64,000 bases of DNA from NCBI GenBank assembly GCA_044892525.1, contig CM097885.1:21516001-21580000 (forward strand), in the 5' to 3' direction. Source of the DNA: Schmidtea polychroa (lineage: Eukaryota). Made by a program: the position numbers and the translations under genes. Positions 27,201-36,041 of this stretch are shown in pieces; positions within the stretch are counted from its first letter, which is position 1; every line of letters starts with the position of its first letter. Under the pieces are notes generated by a model, which searched no databases, was not told the origin of the DNA, and worked only from the letters and a program-made list of their open reading frames with translations.

Positions 27201-30200
27201 GACACGCAAGCAATGAAGAAATACCCAAGCTGTCTCGCATCAGATCGATCATGTTCAACCGGAATGTCAACTCTGGTATACCACGCAGATCAGAAAGTAT
27301 GTCGACTAATGTTACTCAAGACAGCAATATTCGAAGAAATCCAAGGGAAAGTGTACAGTGAACCAAAAGGAGAAGCAGAGAGACGAGCGATGGAAGAATT
27401 GAGAGCAAGGAAAGGATTCAGGGAAGACGTAATAACATCGAAATTGGAATCGGAAGTAACACCCACAGCGATAATCTCCAAAGACGATGGAATAGGAATG
27501 AGGTTCATAAAGAACAAAATGGTGAGTAAATGCGATGAGATGGTGATCAGCACCAATTATAAAGGGATCTACTTGTCGCGGAGAACCCTAGCAAATGCAG
27601 TCGGAAGACTAAGCGAAAAGGATGTCAAATTATATTTATACGCTAATAATAAGATGGATTTCTTATATCACAGAGGATTAACATCCACGGAAAAAGTCTA
27701 CCATGATCTGTTAAGAAACGATTGCCTGCTCAACAAAGAAATATTGAGAACAAAATTAGCAATGGCGATTACAAATCCAGATAACGCAATTCCACTACTA
27801 CCATTACAGGAAGGATATTTCGGACGAATCGTGGGCGAAGTGATGTACACCTACCAATGCAAAAAGATAATGGCAAGATTGCCGGAAAACCCTACAATAC
27901 CAAGGGATAAGTGTGCAAACGAACTCGAAATTATTCACGAAGGTAAACCCAGGTTTGTGCAAGCAGTCACTAGGATAATGAACCCGGTAGGGTTTCAGCC
28001 AAATCTGTTTAATTGCAGTAATGCATATGGACCAATGTATGAAAAAGAAGATGGACAATGGGTTCAATTTCCAAGTAAAACAATCGTAGTGACACCCAAG
28101 AAATTTGGATTGACGGAACTAACAACAGAATTAGAGTTCAAGCCGATAGACGTATCACAGAGTGGATTATATACACCAAAAGATCTTGAATCAGCAAGGG
28201 CCCACATGTTATTCCCAGCACACAGACAAGCGATCCTATCAAATATAGTGACTATTTCTGGAGGAAATAATTATGGGGGGAGCCCAAATTACGAGCTATT
28301 ATTATCACCAAGTCACTATCAACAAGCAACAGCAAACATGATGAAGGCTATGTGGGGTCGATTTTTGGTATTTGGCCAAATGATGGCAGGAATACTCGGA
28401 ATTATTCTGATAATACAAATAGTCAGAGTAATACTAACCCAGATGCTAGCATGTTTTGACATCTATAAGCGCGAGAGAAAAGTAAATTGGAAACTTGCAA
28501 TTGGATTCTTACCGTTCTTAGCGAAAACAATGGTGTTGCATGGACACTCAAAGGATATTCATCGAATAAAAAGATTGTTGAAAATACTAACGCAAATGAA
28601 AGGGACAGACGAAGAAGTCGGACGTAAGTTCAAAGTGATAATGAGATTAGAAGCAGAAAGAACTCAAGAGAAAGCAAAAAGAACCGGGAAGTGGAAAAAG
28701 TGGATGAACCTCAGACGAGACGATGATAGTGACAACGACAATGATGATTTCAACGACGATGATAATAACCAAGGAGGAGCAATGTTGATAAATAAAAATA
28801 CAGCCACTTGGGAAAACGAAAAAATGAAACCATGGGGATCACCGTATTCACAGACCCCATATTTACAAGCACCAACTAATGGACCAATGCGACGACCAGG
28901 AACAATGAGAGAACGGATAAGAATGGGAACCGGAAGATTACCCATACCGAACATTTATCCAACAGCTTATGAACCAAATTGGGCAGCAATGGATCCAACG
29001 ATGATCAAACAGGCTAAAAGTGTAGAACAAGAAGTGGAGACACGAACGATTGCGGTATTGCAGACACCAGCCGGACCATCATTAACCATCACGGTCGAAG
29101 TAAACGGAATAGAAATGGATGCAATGATCGATACCGGAGCAAATATTTCGGCAATAAATATGAATATGCTACCAGGCAGACTATGGCCATGCATTGAAGA
29201 GACAACCATGGATGTAATAACATGCAGCAAACAATCCATAGCGGTGGTAGGAAGAGTATGGTCAACGATTGAATATAAAGGGGTTAAAGTTACAACGTAC
29301 CTCGCAGTCATTAGACAGCTAAGCGTATCATGTATAATTGGAACAGATGTAATGCCGGAATTATTGAAAGAAATTGTGATTGATTTGAGTTCCATGAAAT
29401 TAAAAGATAAAACTGGACAGATATGCACAATGAGAACAGAAGTGAGATGCTCCGAAAAAATGATAATACCAGCACGTACCCAGACAATATGTTATGTCAA
29501 GGTCGATAACGAAGCCAAAGGAGATATGATATTTGAACCAAGTCAAAAATTCGAGAAGAGAAGGGAGCTGCCATTGGCAAGAGAAATTGTCAGTATAAAT
29601 GAGGATAACGAGATACCCATCAATATCACCAATTTTGATGAGGAAGATAAAGTAATCTACGAAAACGAGAGACTTGGAAAACTCACACCAATGATGAACA
29701 TTGAGCTACCGGAGATAAAAAGCGAGGGAGCAGACGAAAAAGAATTATGGACCATCGATAGCGAACTCCTAAATAAAGACGAAAAGGAACAACTCAGACA
29801 ACTACTGATTGAGTTTAAAGAAATTTTTGCGGCTTCAGATTTGGAATTGGGTACTAGCGATGTAACTCAACACATTATACCATTAACAGATGAGACACCC
29901 ATAACGTTAAGACCATATCGATTGGCTGAAGCACAAAAAACGGTAGCAGAGGAAGAAGTACAAAAGATGTTAGATGCTGGGGTAATAGAACCTAGTTGCT
30001 CACCATGGCAATTCCCAGTGGTAATGGTCAAAAAGAAAGATGGCACACAGAGATTTTGTATTGACTATCGGAGGTTGAACGCAGTAACAAAAAGAGATAC
30101 ATATCCACTGCCAGACATAAACGAAATGTTACAGATGTTGCATGGAGCAGCATACTTTACATCTTTAGATCTAAAGAGTGGATACTGGCAAATTAAAGTT

Positions 30201-33200
30201 AAAGAGGAAGATAGAGAAAAGACAGCCTTTACCATCGGAAAAGATTTATATCAGTTTAAAAAGATGCCATTTGGATTAACAAACGCACCTGCTTCGTTTC
30301 AGAGATGTATGAACTTTGTGACACACGGGATCAAACAATGTATGGTGTATATCGATGATCTGTTAATTTATTCAGGTACTTTCGAGCAACACTTAATCGA
30401 CATCAGAAACGTATTCATAAGACTGAAACAATGGAAGCTGAAATTGAAACCGTCAAAATGCGACTGGGCAAAGGAGAGAGTCACATTTTTAGGACACATT
30501 GTGTCGGCAAAAGGAAAAGAACCAGATCCGAGAAACGTTGAGAAAATAAAGAATTGTCCGATACCAAAAACCGTGACTCAGGTACAAGAATTTCTGGGAT
30601 TATGCGGATACTACCGCAAGTTTATCAAAAATTATGCAACTATCGCAAAACCAATTCAAGAACTAACAAAAAAAGATACTCCATTTTTGTGGGAAAGAGA
30701 ACAGCAAATAGCATTCGAATCGTTAAGAGATAAACTAATAGCCTCACCTATTCTAATACACCCAGATTTTAAAAAGCCTTTTCTACTAGCAACCGATGCC
30801 AGTGGATATGCATCAGGAGCTGTGCTAGGACAATGGGATGAGGAGAAACGAGAAAGAGTCATCGGATATTATAGCAAGACGTTCAAAAAGCACGAAAAGA
30901 ATTACTCGGTCACAGAAAGAGAAGCCTTAGCAATAATTCAGGCGATAAAACATTTCAAATATTTATTGTGGGGACACGAGATAATTATTACTACAGACCA
31001 TCAACCTCTAGTTTGGTTGGGCCAACACAAAGAAGCATCTAGCCGATTGATGAGATGGGCAATGCAGTTACAAGAATATTCCCCATACATCAAATTCAAG
31101 TCAGGAAAAGCAAACGCAAATGCAGACTGCATGTCGAGATTTGTATTTGAAGAACTCATGGATCATGACGTCAGACGAATATGCCTGATAATCGCGGAAG
31201 ATATCGATTTTACCAATCTAAAGAACGAACAAAAGGAAGACAATGAATTAAAACTAATAATTGAGTTCCTGGAAAAAAACGATATGAAAATATTCAACAA
31301 CGATGATCGACTAAAAGAACACATGGAGAAAAATCGTCACAGATATACGATCGAGAAAGGATGGCTATTGGTAATGGATGGCGACAAACGATTGATGTGT
31401 CTACCAGAAAGTAGACGGAAAGCAATTATGATTCAATACCACGATGGTAAATTGGGCGGACATATGTCAGCCAAGAAAACAGAAGCAAGGCTCAAACAGA
31501 AATATTACTGGCCAAATATGAGCGATGACGTGAAAGAATGGATAAAGAACTGCCTGATATGCGCAACCAGAAAAACAACGGGCAGTAAACTAAAGCCACC
31601 ATTGAAACCAATGCCGATACCGCCAGAACCGATGACAATGATTGCAATGGATGTAGTTGGACCACTACCAGAGACTAACAGTGGAAATGTGTATATATTG
31701 GTAATAACTGATTATCTGACTAAGTTCCCTGAAGCATTTGCGATGCCAGACCAGAAAGCACGAACGGTTGCAAGGATATTAGTGGAAGAGATCTGCTGCA
31801 GATATGGAACACCAAAACAAATCTTAACTGACCAAGGAACTAATTTCATGAGCGAGATAATAAATGAAGTGACAAATTATTTTAGAATTGCCAAATTGAG
31901 AACCTCACCATACCACCCGCAAACGAATGGTCAGACAGAAAGATTTAACGGCATACTAATAGACATGATGTCCAATTACGTGAGTAAACATCAAAAGGAC
32001 TGGGATGAATATATTAAGTTGTGTCTAATGGCTTATCGAATGTCAATACACTCAGCAACGAAAATGAGTCCGTTTAAACTCATGTATGGAAGGGAATGCA
32101 ACATGCCGATGGATCTCGAATACCAACCGCCAATCTCACAATATATGGAGATAGATGATTATGTGACAAAGTTCAAGGAGAGAATGCAAGAAATATGGAA
32201 AACCGCAGGGATGAACATCCGATTCAACCAAGAGAGTTATAAGGAATTACATGATAAAAAGAAGAACGTGCAAAACCATCAATTTAAAATCGGAGATTGG
32301 GTTATTATAGAAACACCCGAATTAATCCCAGGAACAGCAAAGAAATTACAACGTAATGGCAGAGGGCCATATGAAATCATCTATGTAAACGAGAACAACG
32401 CTAGAGTGAAGTTGGTTAACAATCCACTAATTAGACCCATTTATGTGAATACATGTCGATGCAAAGCAGTAGCGAAAACTGCCACTAAAGACCCAGAAAC
32501 AAGAAGGATAATCACGAGATCACAAACAAATGCCACAACGGAACCAGAAGTAAGCGGTAGATTAACTAGATCACAGACAAGACGAATATTCATGTTGAGA
32601 GGAGAAACAAGCAGCAGCGCCCATAAAGGAACTGAAGCAGAAAGCGAAGCTGACGCAATGGCAAGGAGCCAAGCAACATGGAATATGACAATAAAAATAG
32701 CACGAGAAATTGTACCAGAATGGGCCGATATAACCAATAAATACCAAGTATTGGGCAAACTAATGTTAGTAGCAGAAAGATATGCGAAAGGACGAAGATA
32801 TGCCGAAGGATTACAAATACCGACTCAAATATATGAACTAATCCGGAGATTACCAATCATGTTCCTAACAAGTGATTTGAGTAATAACTGGCCAATCCAT
32901 CATGCAGTGAAAGCAGGACAAGAAAAACGAGCTTTAGAGATTATACGAATAATGGAAAACTGCAAACAATCAACAAACGTCAAAAACAGTAAAGGAAAAA
33001 CTCCACTGATGAAAGCCATAGCAATAGGCGCGTCAAGAGATGTACTCAGAGAATTATTAAGAACGGGATCCACGCTGAAAGAAAAAGACAACAAACAACG
33101 AACCGTATTACGTTATGCCGTCAGGTCAAAAAGACCTAGTATAGTGAACTTTATCACAGGAAATGCAACAACCGAAGAAGCCGAGGTGTTGGGACAGAGC

Positions 33201-35348
33201 ATTGAACCAATTCTGGAAGCCATCAGAGGAAACTTAGACAGAACCGCAGCAATATTAATCAAATGGAAACAAAACGAATTAAGAGCGGAAGTAATTGATA
33301 TAAATCAATTCCAAAACAACGAAAATATCGTACTAAGAAGCGCCATATACTCAAGACCACCAATGCCAAAAACCATTAAAGCAATATTACAGAGAAATAG
33401 AACAGAATTGACAGGTAATTGGTGGGAATGCACAAAAACACATGCGATGAAAAAGCAACTAGAAATACTAGTGTGGGAATGGCACCGGAAACAACGGAAA
33501 TATCAAGGAACCAAAGAAGAACGAGAAAGTATCCACAACGACAAAAAAGAGATAATTAAAAAATACGAGGAGATGATCAAAGCAGCAAATGTCGAGGACG
33601 ACATTTTCAGGAAAACCCCGGGTGAGAGGAATGACGACGACGACGACGACGAAAGGATGGGGGATAACGATAACAACCCAGAGGAAAACGACAGAGAACA
33701 GAATCCGGAAGGCGGAGAAACAACGAGTGATGATGAGGAATTGGAAGAAGACGAAGAAGACCAATGTCGAGGTGAAGATCAAGGATTCGACAAAACGGAG
33801 AACAAAAAACGAAAGTCCCCACTACATAGCATAGTGTGTCGAAATCAAATCCAGCCAATCCTACTACAAAGAATATTTATAATATTAACATCCATCTGTT
33901 TAACAGAAACAAAAAATATAAGAATCGTAAGAGAAGCTTCCCAAGAAGGTGAAGCATTTATGATAAAAGTCAGTGATTACGACGGAAATGCCGTCGGAAT
34001 ATGTGTGCAACTAATGGAAGGAACAGGAGTAAGTTGTGATTTCAGATCGATAACAAAAGGAAAGATTTTTAGCAGCCAAAAAAGAGATCCCAGGCTATGT
34101 GGAGATTATGACATCTGTAGAGACATATCAACAGAGGAAATGGAGCTAGAAAGAGCCAACGAAACCGGAGTACATTTTCAACTCAACATTTTGGAAGAAG
34201 GTATCGAAATAGAAGATAAAGGGAGTCGATCAATTACACATGTATGCATCAGAGAAGACAGAGACATATGCATAATAACTGATATGACACAAGACCACAA
34301 ATTCTTCTGGGGAGAGGTCAAACCAAATACCCCTACTGTGGTATGCGCAGGAACACAAGGGATAGTAGTATGTAAAGGAACAAGAACTGCACCAAGAAAA
34401 GACAAGCCAAAGAGTATGGCAATGAAACAAGATCCATTGAGGGGGATAGCAACCAAGAAGCCAAACAAATCAGTTAGTACAAAAACAACAACAGAGCAAA
34501 ATCAAACCGAATTAATAACAACAACAACATGGATTAACGAAGTAATTAAAGACGAAAGACGGGAAGTGCAGATAACTATTAACCTCAACAAGAAAGGTGA
34601 AGAGGTAATTACAGTCAAAAACCAGGAAGGAGAACCAATCATAAGGATATGTGTAATGGATAAGACGGGAATAATCGACTGTACAACAACACCGATAGAC
34701 AAAGGTACAGACGTTAAAATGGAGACAGGGAAACGGAAAGAACGATACCAAGTATGTATCCTTAAGAAAGGAAGAGGAACCAGCGTATGTCAACCAATAA
34801 CTCGACAAAAACCCCAATTAATAAACATACCATGGATACCCCGAGATCAAGAAGGGGGAGAGAAACGGGAAAATCACAGTCACCTAACAGAAAAAGAGAA
34901 GGAACGATTACATCAAGCATTCAAGAAAATCAAAGCACCAGAAACAAATACCACAGGTAGTACAATATTAACGACAGAAAAAACAAATAATGGAACAACG
35001 ATCATCACAAAGATGATATGGATAACTAGCGCGATAGTAAGCACGATAATAGCGTTAGCAATGATTCAGTGGATAAGAACCACCAAAAGATGTAAACAAA
35101 AACCGAGAAACCAAAGAAAATGGCCCAAAGTGGAAAAATTTGAATACGGTATTCCAACAGAGAATCTGAATCTAGAAGAATACGAGGTGGTAGAGGATCC
35201 CGGATCCAGCGGATTGTGGATGTCGGAACTACCAAGAATACCCACACCGAACGAATGGACACACGAAGTCGATATATACCGAATAACGGACGAAAGATAT
35301 GGGGGAATGCGCACGCTGCATTCCGGCCCCATGGCGACACTGGTATAA
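21282..35348 (+). CDS. Giant single-frame Gag-accessory-Env-Pol-accessory polyprotein (~4,688 aa from the first ATG)
   Basis: Uninterrupted frame 21060-35348; first ATG at 21282; domains are listed separately below. Confidence 0.95.
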   Translation: MTDGIPNVTGLTDPPETSNVHVNIGEFREKFRGEPFDGNINQLETFIKEFEVYITICHWPDIVVRERIPLYLKGSAQDVYLEAKCDATKLRTWKEIKEFLIKTFGTEKEGNRKMLDFLHRKQKYNESNALYACELRRLAREAFDSNQPVPEDKIIAVFVDGMKREDIRATLGCRAPETLEEALKIANKCETYLTPIQVAAMTAAPAAPAATATTTNNQVNNANPVMNQFIPGSQQLFKTPQTRNQNNGGNIQNFTNNFRNNDINNRTCNICQRPGHWSNECYKARMCQKCGRRGHTENVCRGPMMSMSRGGTRTCYNCNQPGHMARECTMRTKPNQPGSNNPVQNTQINLMQEIEQLKDMILRIPTNNQQQRINMMQSTEEIRNQPSKQQQDQQRVEWQRLQNEEAREIQERWKQREANPGRINMMRLTNKEESHTAEQCVNNDGSEPIINKEIKTTKENEIDPRTELSSEEKIQLIKEFTKEEKERRQKRDESKDEPKSNEIVTKNRIQRVLLQKIEDRIKNENPTLTEEQIKEKVKEHWFRKNEWFEKKEPHTKAKINMLRQMRSDQTDQEDEKSEVSSLGGELFQSSEENNEPKTPPNSETPQSSEESENDDMKSMIEKDEEEIFEEILDTVTEIERNESYINELTYRKCLKLITQVYQCEGGIITAAWKDLATKYKEKLKEAGPDQYQVSIQHPEIQIQTIELKGTNTDELYNWVQEKMGTSHKNKQLYVDGYKVKIGIHLVDAMIWPNETNILTLEKTRDDDSVAEMFKKIQQVFNNEVEPELEKIERKIMKENQIILVKQAIDQTRKYINRLRERWPQLMKQFVKDVRDTEIMRFEDKRATELISKYGEYERTKCEHETIKIKVKLPNEEKQIIEVNPDCQVDELVQIIDQEIIQKARENSEDGMIEDVIIMYNRHMLERGDRTVIYELGIWENGAVINIIAMDEPSGGHKNATKTEQQIKRFQWGMRAKMDRIIDIYNHWLKDDKLKLAAFNDEDCKLIPWKKVWIESEARWDWEQQKLEPNWIDNIPEEIAAAWVREKPIDTYQDILPQEFQNELPSGEDEEIREPVRLAPFTWKIENWMEKIKSAKEEKITRLVSPPFYSGLGEYKMKLRIYPNGDGIGKGSYVSAFFVICKGNYDDKVPWPFNRKVTIAIEPLKDSLNRHKETLKPDPRSACYQRPTTSENIASGTPKLIRLSYIENEQSKFVKNNAIQIRVEVETEQEMNQRLNIPENQPRICMMRRRVSDSGHLPIDADADEEEAATLLEAQKCKELMEILQNGAKNRRRAVVELAKWIAESCKRIQNLRKIVKAIEEYRRVYVWYPEQFGEIIRKWKQQEWAENSPEKYQLKIFMPDCEPMEKEFYTTAKVREVKKRIPYELPFHLQHEGRSLDDDIEIGVTPLQGEIVNRLTVSKIAGRELRRREIKQKSSTQQPGSLDTPEVPNAVSEVTIETTGEDEILDELQEIVEAGEIMRASQSGDLFIDEGELTTDDLDGFVCAQRQPVETTEAETDLDNVERDANKDVTTTDEWSNWRVDPGATTSKDTTYNPPKRKETGTAMDRRTRGRPKTDKAEIEPKSKVQAQMEQVKTKMDKLSALVKQVKVKTSVREQGTRWINDLLANMLALANPDVKRVMRKDNIPTEAKQLWAVLKPIIMKIMDNKIRLTLKDPVELRLIVEHLLSRSEDQNRFLVGLAYLVYNVIGQYKKRMPKYNATGYEFTVTEIIKRSIEPYILEQGGWRSFIESTGKKDQTEMMQAKLRDLLTEFEGTININDPRASRKGMNAIITTILIWMMCIKGTESFAVYDCDNIKIHEKYSLKDTEDCKAANPRKLQTVMASVSYNVYQEADFIKTMVQECTVTRKIFAHHCGSSSHSTIIEPGLESTVILLSREECEEGFRSGRIHLRQGIEIAAEPGKIKTTRVYTAGRITKGDGTCETGTYTLNGQLVSGVVVIESYEAKLEKYQGYFDPDTQAMKKYPSCLASDRSCSTGMSTLVYHADQKVCRLMLLKTAIFEEIQGKVYSEPKGEAERRAMEELRARKGFREDVITSKLESEVTPTAIISKDDGIGMRFIKNKMVSKCDEMVISTNYKGIYLSRRTLANAVGRLSEKDVKLYLYANNKMDFLYHRGLTSTEKVYHDLLRNDCLLNKEILRTKLAMAITNPDNAIPLLPLQEGYFGRIVGEVMYTYQCKKIMARLPENPTIPRDKCANELEIIHEGKPRFVQAVTRIMNPVGFQPNLFNCSNAYGPMYEKEDGQWVQFPSKTIVVTPKKFGLTELTTELEFKPIDVSQSGLYTPKDLESARAHMLFPAHRQAILSNIVTISGGNNYGGSPNYELLLSPSHYQQATANMMKAMWGRFLVFGQMMAGILGIILIIQIVRVILTQMLACFDIYKRERKVNWKLAIGFLPFLAKTMVLHGHSKDIHRIKRLLKILTQMKGTDEEVGRKFKVIMRLEAERTQEKAKRTGKWKKWMNLRRDDDSDNDNDDFNDDDNNQGGAMLINKNTATWENEKMKPWGSPYSQTPYLQAPTNGPMRRPGTMRERIRMGTGRLPIPNIYPTAYEPNWAAMDPTMIKQAKSVEQEVETRTIAVLQTPAGPSLTITVEVNGIEMDAMIDTGANISAINMNMLPGRLWPCIEETTMDVITCSKQSIAVVGRVWSTIEYKGVKVTTYLAVIRQLSVSCIIGTDVMPELLKEIVIDLSSMKLKDKTGQICTMRTEVRCSEKMIIPARTQTICYVKVDNEAKGDMIFEPSQKFEKRRELPLAREIVSINEDNEIPINITNFDEEDKVIYENERLGKLTPMMNIELPEIKSEGADEKELWTIDSELLNKDEKEQLRQLLIEFKEIFAASDLELGTSDVTQHIIPLTDETPITLRPYRLAEAQKTVAEEEVQKMLDAGVIEPSCSPWQFPVVMVKKKDGTQRFCIDYRRLNAVTKRDTYPLPDINEMLQMLHGAAYFTSLDLKSGYWQIKVKEEDREKTAFTIGKDLYQFKKMPFGLTNAPASFQRCMNFVTHGIKQCMVYIDDLLIYSGTFEQHLIDIRNVFIRLKQWKLKLKPSKCDWAKERVTFLGHIVSAKGKEPDPRNVEKIKNCPIPKTVTQVQEFLGLCGYYRKFIKNYATIAKPIQELTKKDTPFLWEREQQIAFESLRDKLIASPILIHPDFKKPFLLATDASGYASGAVLGQWDEEKRERVIGYYSKTFKKHEKNYSVTEREALAIIQAIKHFKYLLWGHEIIITTDHQPLVWLGQHKEASSRLMRWAMQLQEYSPYIKFKSGKANANADCMSRFVFEELMDHDVRRICLIIAEDIDFTNLKNEQKEDNELKLIIEFLEKNDMKIFNNDDRLKEHMEKNRHRYTIEKGWLLVMDGDKRLMCLPESRRKAIMIQYHDGKLGGHMSAKKTEARLKQKYYWPNMSDDVKEWIKNCLICATRKTTGSKLKPPLKPMPIPPEPMTMIAMDVVGPLPETNSGNVYILVITDYLTKFPEAFAMPDQKARTVARILVEEICCRYGTPKQILTDQGTNFMSEIINEVTNYFRIAKLRTSPYHPQTNGQTERFNGILIDMMSNYVSKHQKDWDEYIKLCLMAYRMSIHSATKMSPFKLMYGRECNMPMDLEYQPPISQYMEIDDYVTKFKERMQEIWKTAGMNIRFNQESYKELHDKKKNVQNHQFKIGDWVIIETPELIPGTAKKLQRNGRGPYEIIYVNENNARVKLVNNPLIRPIYVNTCRCKAVAKTATKDPETRRIITRSQTNATTEPEVSGRLTRSQTRRIFMLRGETSSSAHKGTEAESEADAMARSQATWNMTIKIAREIVPEWADITNKYQVLGKLMLVAERYAKGRRYAEGLQIPTQIYELIRRLPIMFLTSDLSNNWPIHHAVKAGQEKRALEIIRIMENCKQSTNVKNSKGKTPLMKAIAIGASRDVLRELLRTGSTLKEKDNKQRTVLRYAVRSKRPSIVNFITGNATTEEAEVLGQSIEPILEAIRGNLDRTAAILIKWKQNELRAEVIDINQFQNNENIVLRSAIYSRPPMPKTIKAILQRNRTELTGNWWECTKTHAMKKQLEILVWEWHRKQRKYQGTKEERESIHNDKKEIIKKYEEMIKAANVEDDIFRKTPGERNDDDDDDERMGDNDNNPEENDREQNPEGGETTSDDEELEEDEEDQCRGEDQGFDKTENKKRKSPLHSIVCRNQIQPILLQRIFIILTSICLTETKNIRIVREASQEGEAFMIKVSDYDGNAVGICVQLMEGTGVSCDFRSITKGKIFSSQKRDPRLCGDYDICRDISTEEMELERANETGVHFQLNILEEGIEIEDKGSRSITHVCIREDRDICIITDMTQDHKFFWGEVKPNTPTVVCAGTQGIVVCKGTRTAPRKDKPKSMAMKQDPLRGIATKKPNKSVSTKTTTEQNQTELITTTTWINEVIKDERREVQITINLNKKGEEVITVKNQEGEPIIRICVMDKTGIIDCTTTPIDKGTDVKMETGKRKERYQVCILKKGRGTSVCQPITRQKPQLINIPWIPRDQEGGEKRENHSHLTEKEKERLHQAFKKIKAPETNTTGSTILTTEKTNNGTTIITKMIWITSAIVSTIIALAMIQWIRTTKRCKQKPRNQRKWPKVEKFEYGIPTENLNLEEYEVVEDPGSSGLWMSELPRIPTPNEWTHEVDIYRITDERYGGMRTLHSGPMATLV
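21384..22265 (+). other. gag: Gag capsid-like domain and three CCHC zinc knuckles
   Basis: PFDGN..F..EF, YLKGSA, TW..IKE, Q...ES...Y, FVDGM, P.TLEEA; knuckles CNICQRPGHWSNEC, CQKCGRRGHTENVC and CYNCNQPGHMAREC. Confidence 0.92.
24519..24956 (+). other. TRAF-type MATH domain inside the polyprotein
   Basis: FTWKIENW...SPPFYSG..YKMKLRIYPNGDG.GKGSYVSAFFVICKG.YD..VPWPF.RKVT. Confidence 0.92.
26637..28540 (+). other. Envelope-like glycoprotein (chuvirus G / class III fusion-like) with internal signal peptide and TM anchor
   Basis: Signal-like MNAIITTILIWMMCIKGTES, then AVYDC..YSL....C..VYQ..V.EC.V...HCG..SHS and a Cys-rich ectodomain, then W.RFLVFGQMMAGILGIILIIQIV. Confidence 0.75.
29080..32470 (+). 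other. pol: Pol: aspartic protease, RT, RNase H, integrase
   Basis: IDTGA (29130) and IIGTD; LDLKSGYWQ, MPFGL and YIDD (30348); TDAS, EREALA, TDH and NADCMSR; HHCC zinc finger (H..GH..CLIC), MDVVGP, TDQG and GQTERFN. All catalytic residues are present. Confidence 0.98.
32883..33270 (+). other. Ankyrin repeats (about 3-4) downstream of integrase
   Basis: WPIHHAVKAG, NSKGKTPLMKAIAIG...LLRTG, DNKQRTVLRYAV, PILEAIRGN. Confidence 0.85.
33858..35348 (+). other. C-terminal type I membrane protein module
   Basis: Signal-like RIFIILTSICLTET, paired-Cys beta-rich repeats, Thr-rich stalk, TM MIWITSAIVSTIIALAMIQWI followed by a basic stop-transfer and a tail. Confidence 0.7.
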
Positions 35349-35496
35349 CGAGAGGAGGAGTTGTTGTAAATAATGTATAAATGAAATGATAAAAGTAGTG
35401 ATAATAGTAGTGGTATGTACAAAATAAAAGTAGTAAATTAAAACAATATGTAGAAAAATCAAAAACAAGTATGATGACCATGTATTATAAATAGGA

Positions 35497-35952
35497 ATGA
35501 ACCAGAGAAACGAAGAGCAAGAACACCCAAATGGGATACCACATATTGTTGAAGTAAGAGAACAGCCGCTTATGAATGTACATCCAGTAGACATGATGGA
35601 AATGAACGTGCCAAACCAGCCGAGTCAGCCAACAGGATCCATGTGGAGGGCACAGTGTGAATTAATGACCCAATTGACAAATCAGACTCAAGAGCACTGG
35701 GTACGAAACCAAACGGCGTTGATAGAGAGTATTAATAGAAATGCAATATATATTACAAAAATAGAGGAACAACACCAAATAATCGCGCAACTAGAGTATA
35801 ATAACAATCAGTTAATAAGCCAAATCAGATGGCAAGCGGAAGAAATTAGAAGGTTGCATGAAAATCGACAACATGATGATATTACCAGTTTAGTCGAGTG
35901 GATGACCGGGTTACCAGGAACAGGGGAACCGGACTCGACGGTAGATGTGTAG
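35497..35952 (+). CDS. Accessory 151-aa coiled-coil protein, unknown function
   Basis: Intact ORF with the element's codon bias and cassette-type flanking motifs. Confidence 0.7.
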   Translation: MNQRNEEQEHPNGIPHIVEVREQPLMNVHPVDMMEMNVPNQPSQPTGSMWRAQCELMTQLTNQTQEHWVRNQTALIESINRNAIYITKIEEQHQIIAQLEYNNNQLISQIRWQAEEIRRLHENRQHDDITSLVEWMTGLPGTGEPDSTVDV

Positions 35953-36041
35953 GAGAAAAAGGAGTGAAATGTAAATAATCCTGTAAATAAATAGAGTTAT
36001 AATCAAGTAGAAATCCCAAGATTAAAAATCATCATTGTAGA

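Noticed and set aside
29450..29690. Active dUTPase between PR and RT
   Set aside because: Only a vague beta-rich spacer (IPA..., I.ITN....IY...RLG) lacking the catalytic motifs; common in animal Gypsy Pol.
35100..35348. ITIM/ITAM motifs in the cytoplasmic tail
   Set aside because: The tyrosines lack the required -2 hydrophobic residue or paired spacing; only generic YxxPhi motifs remain.
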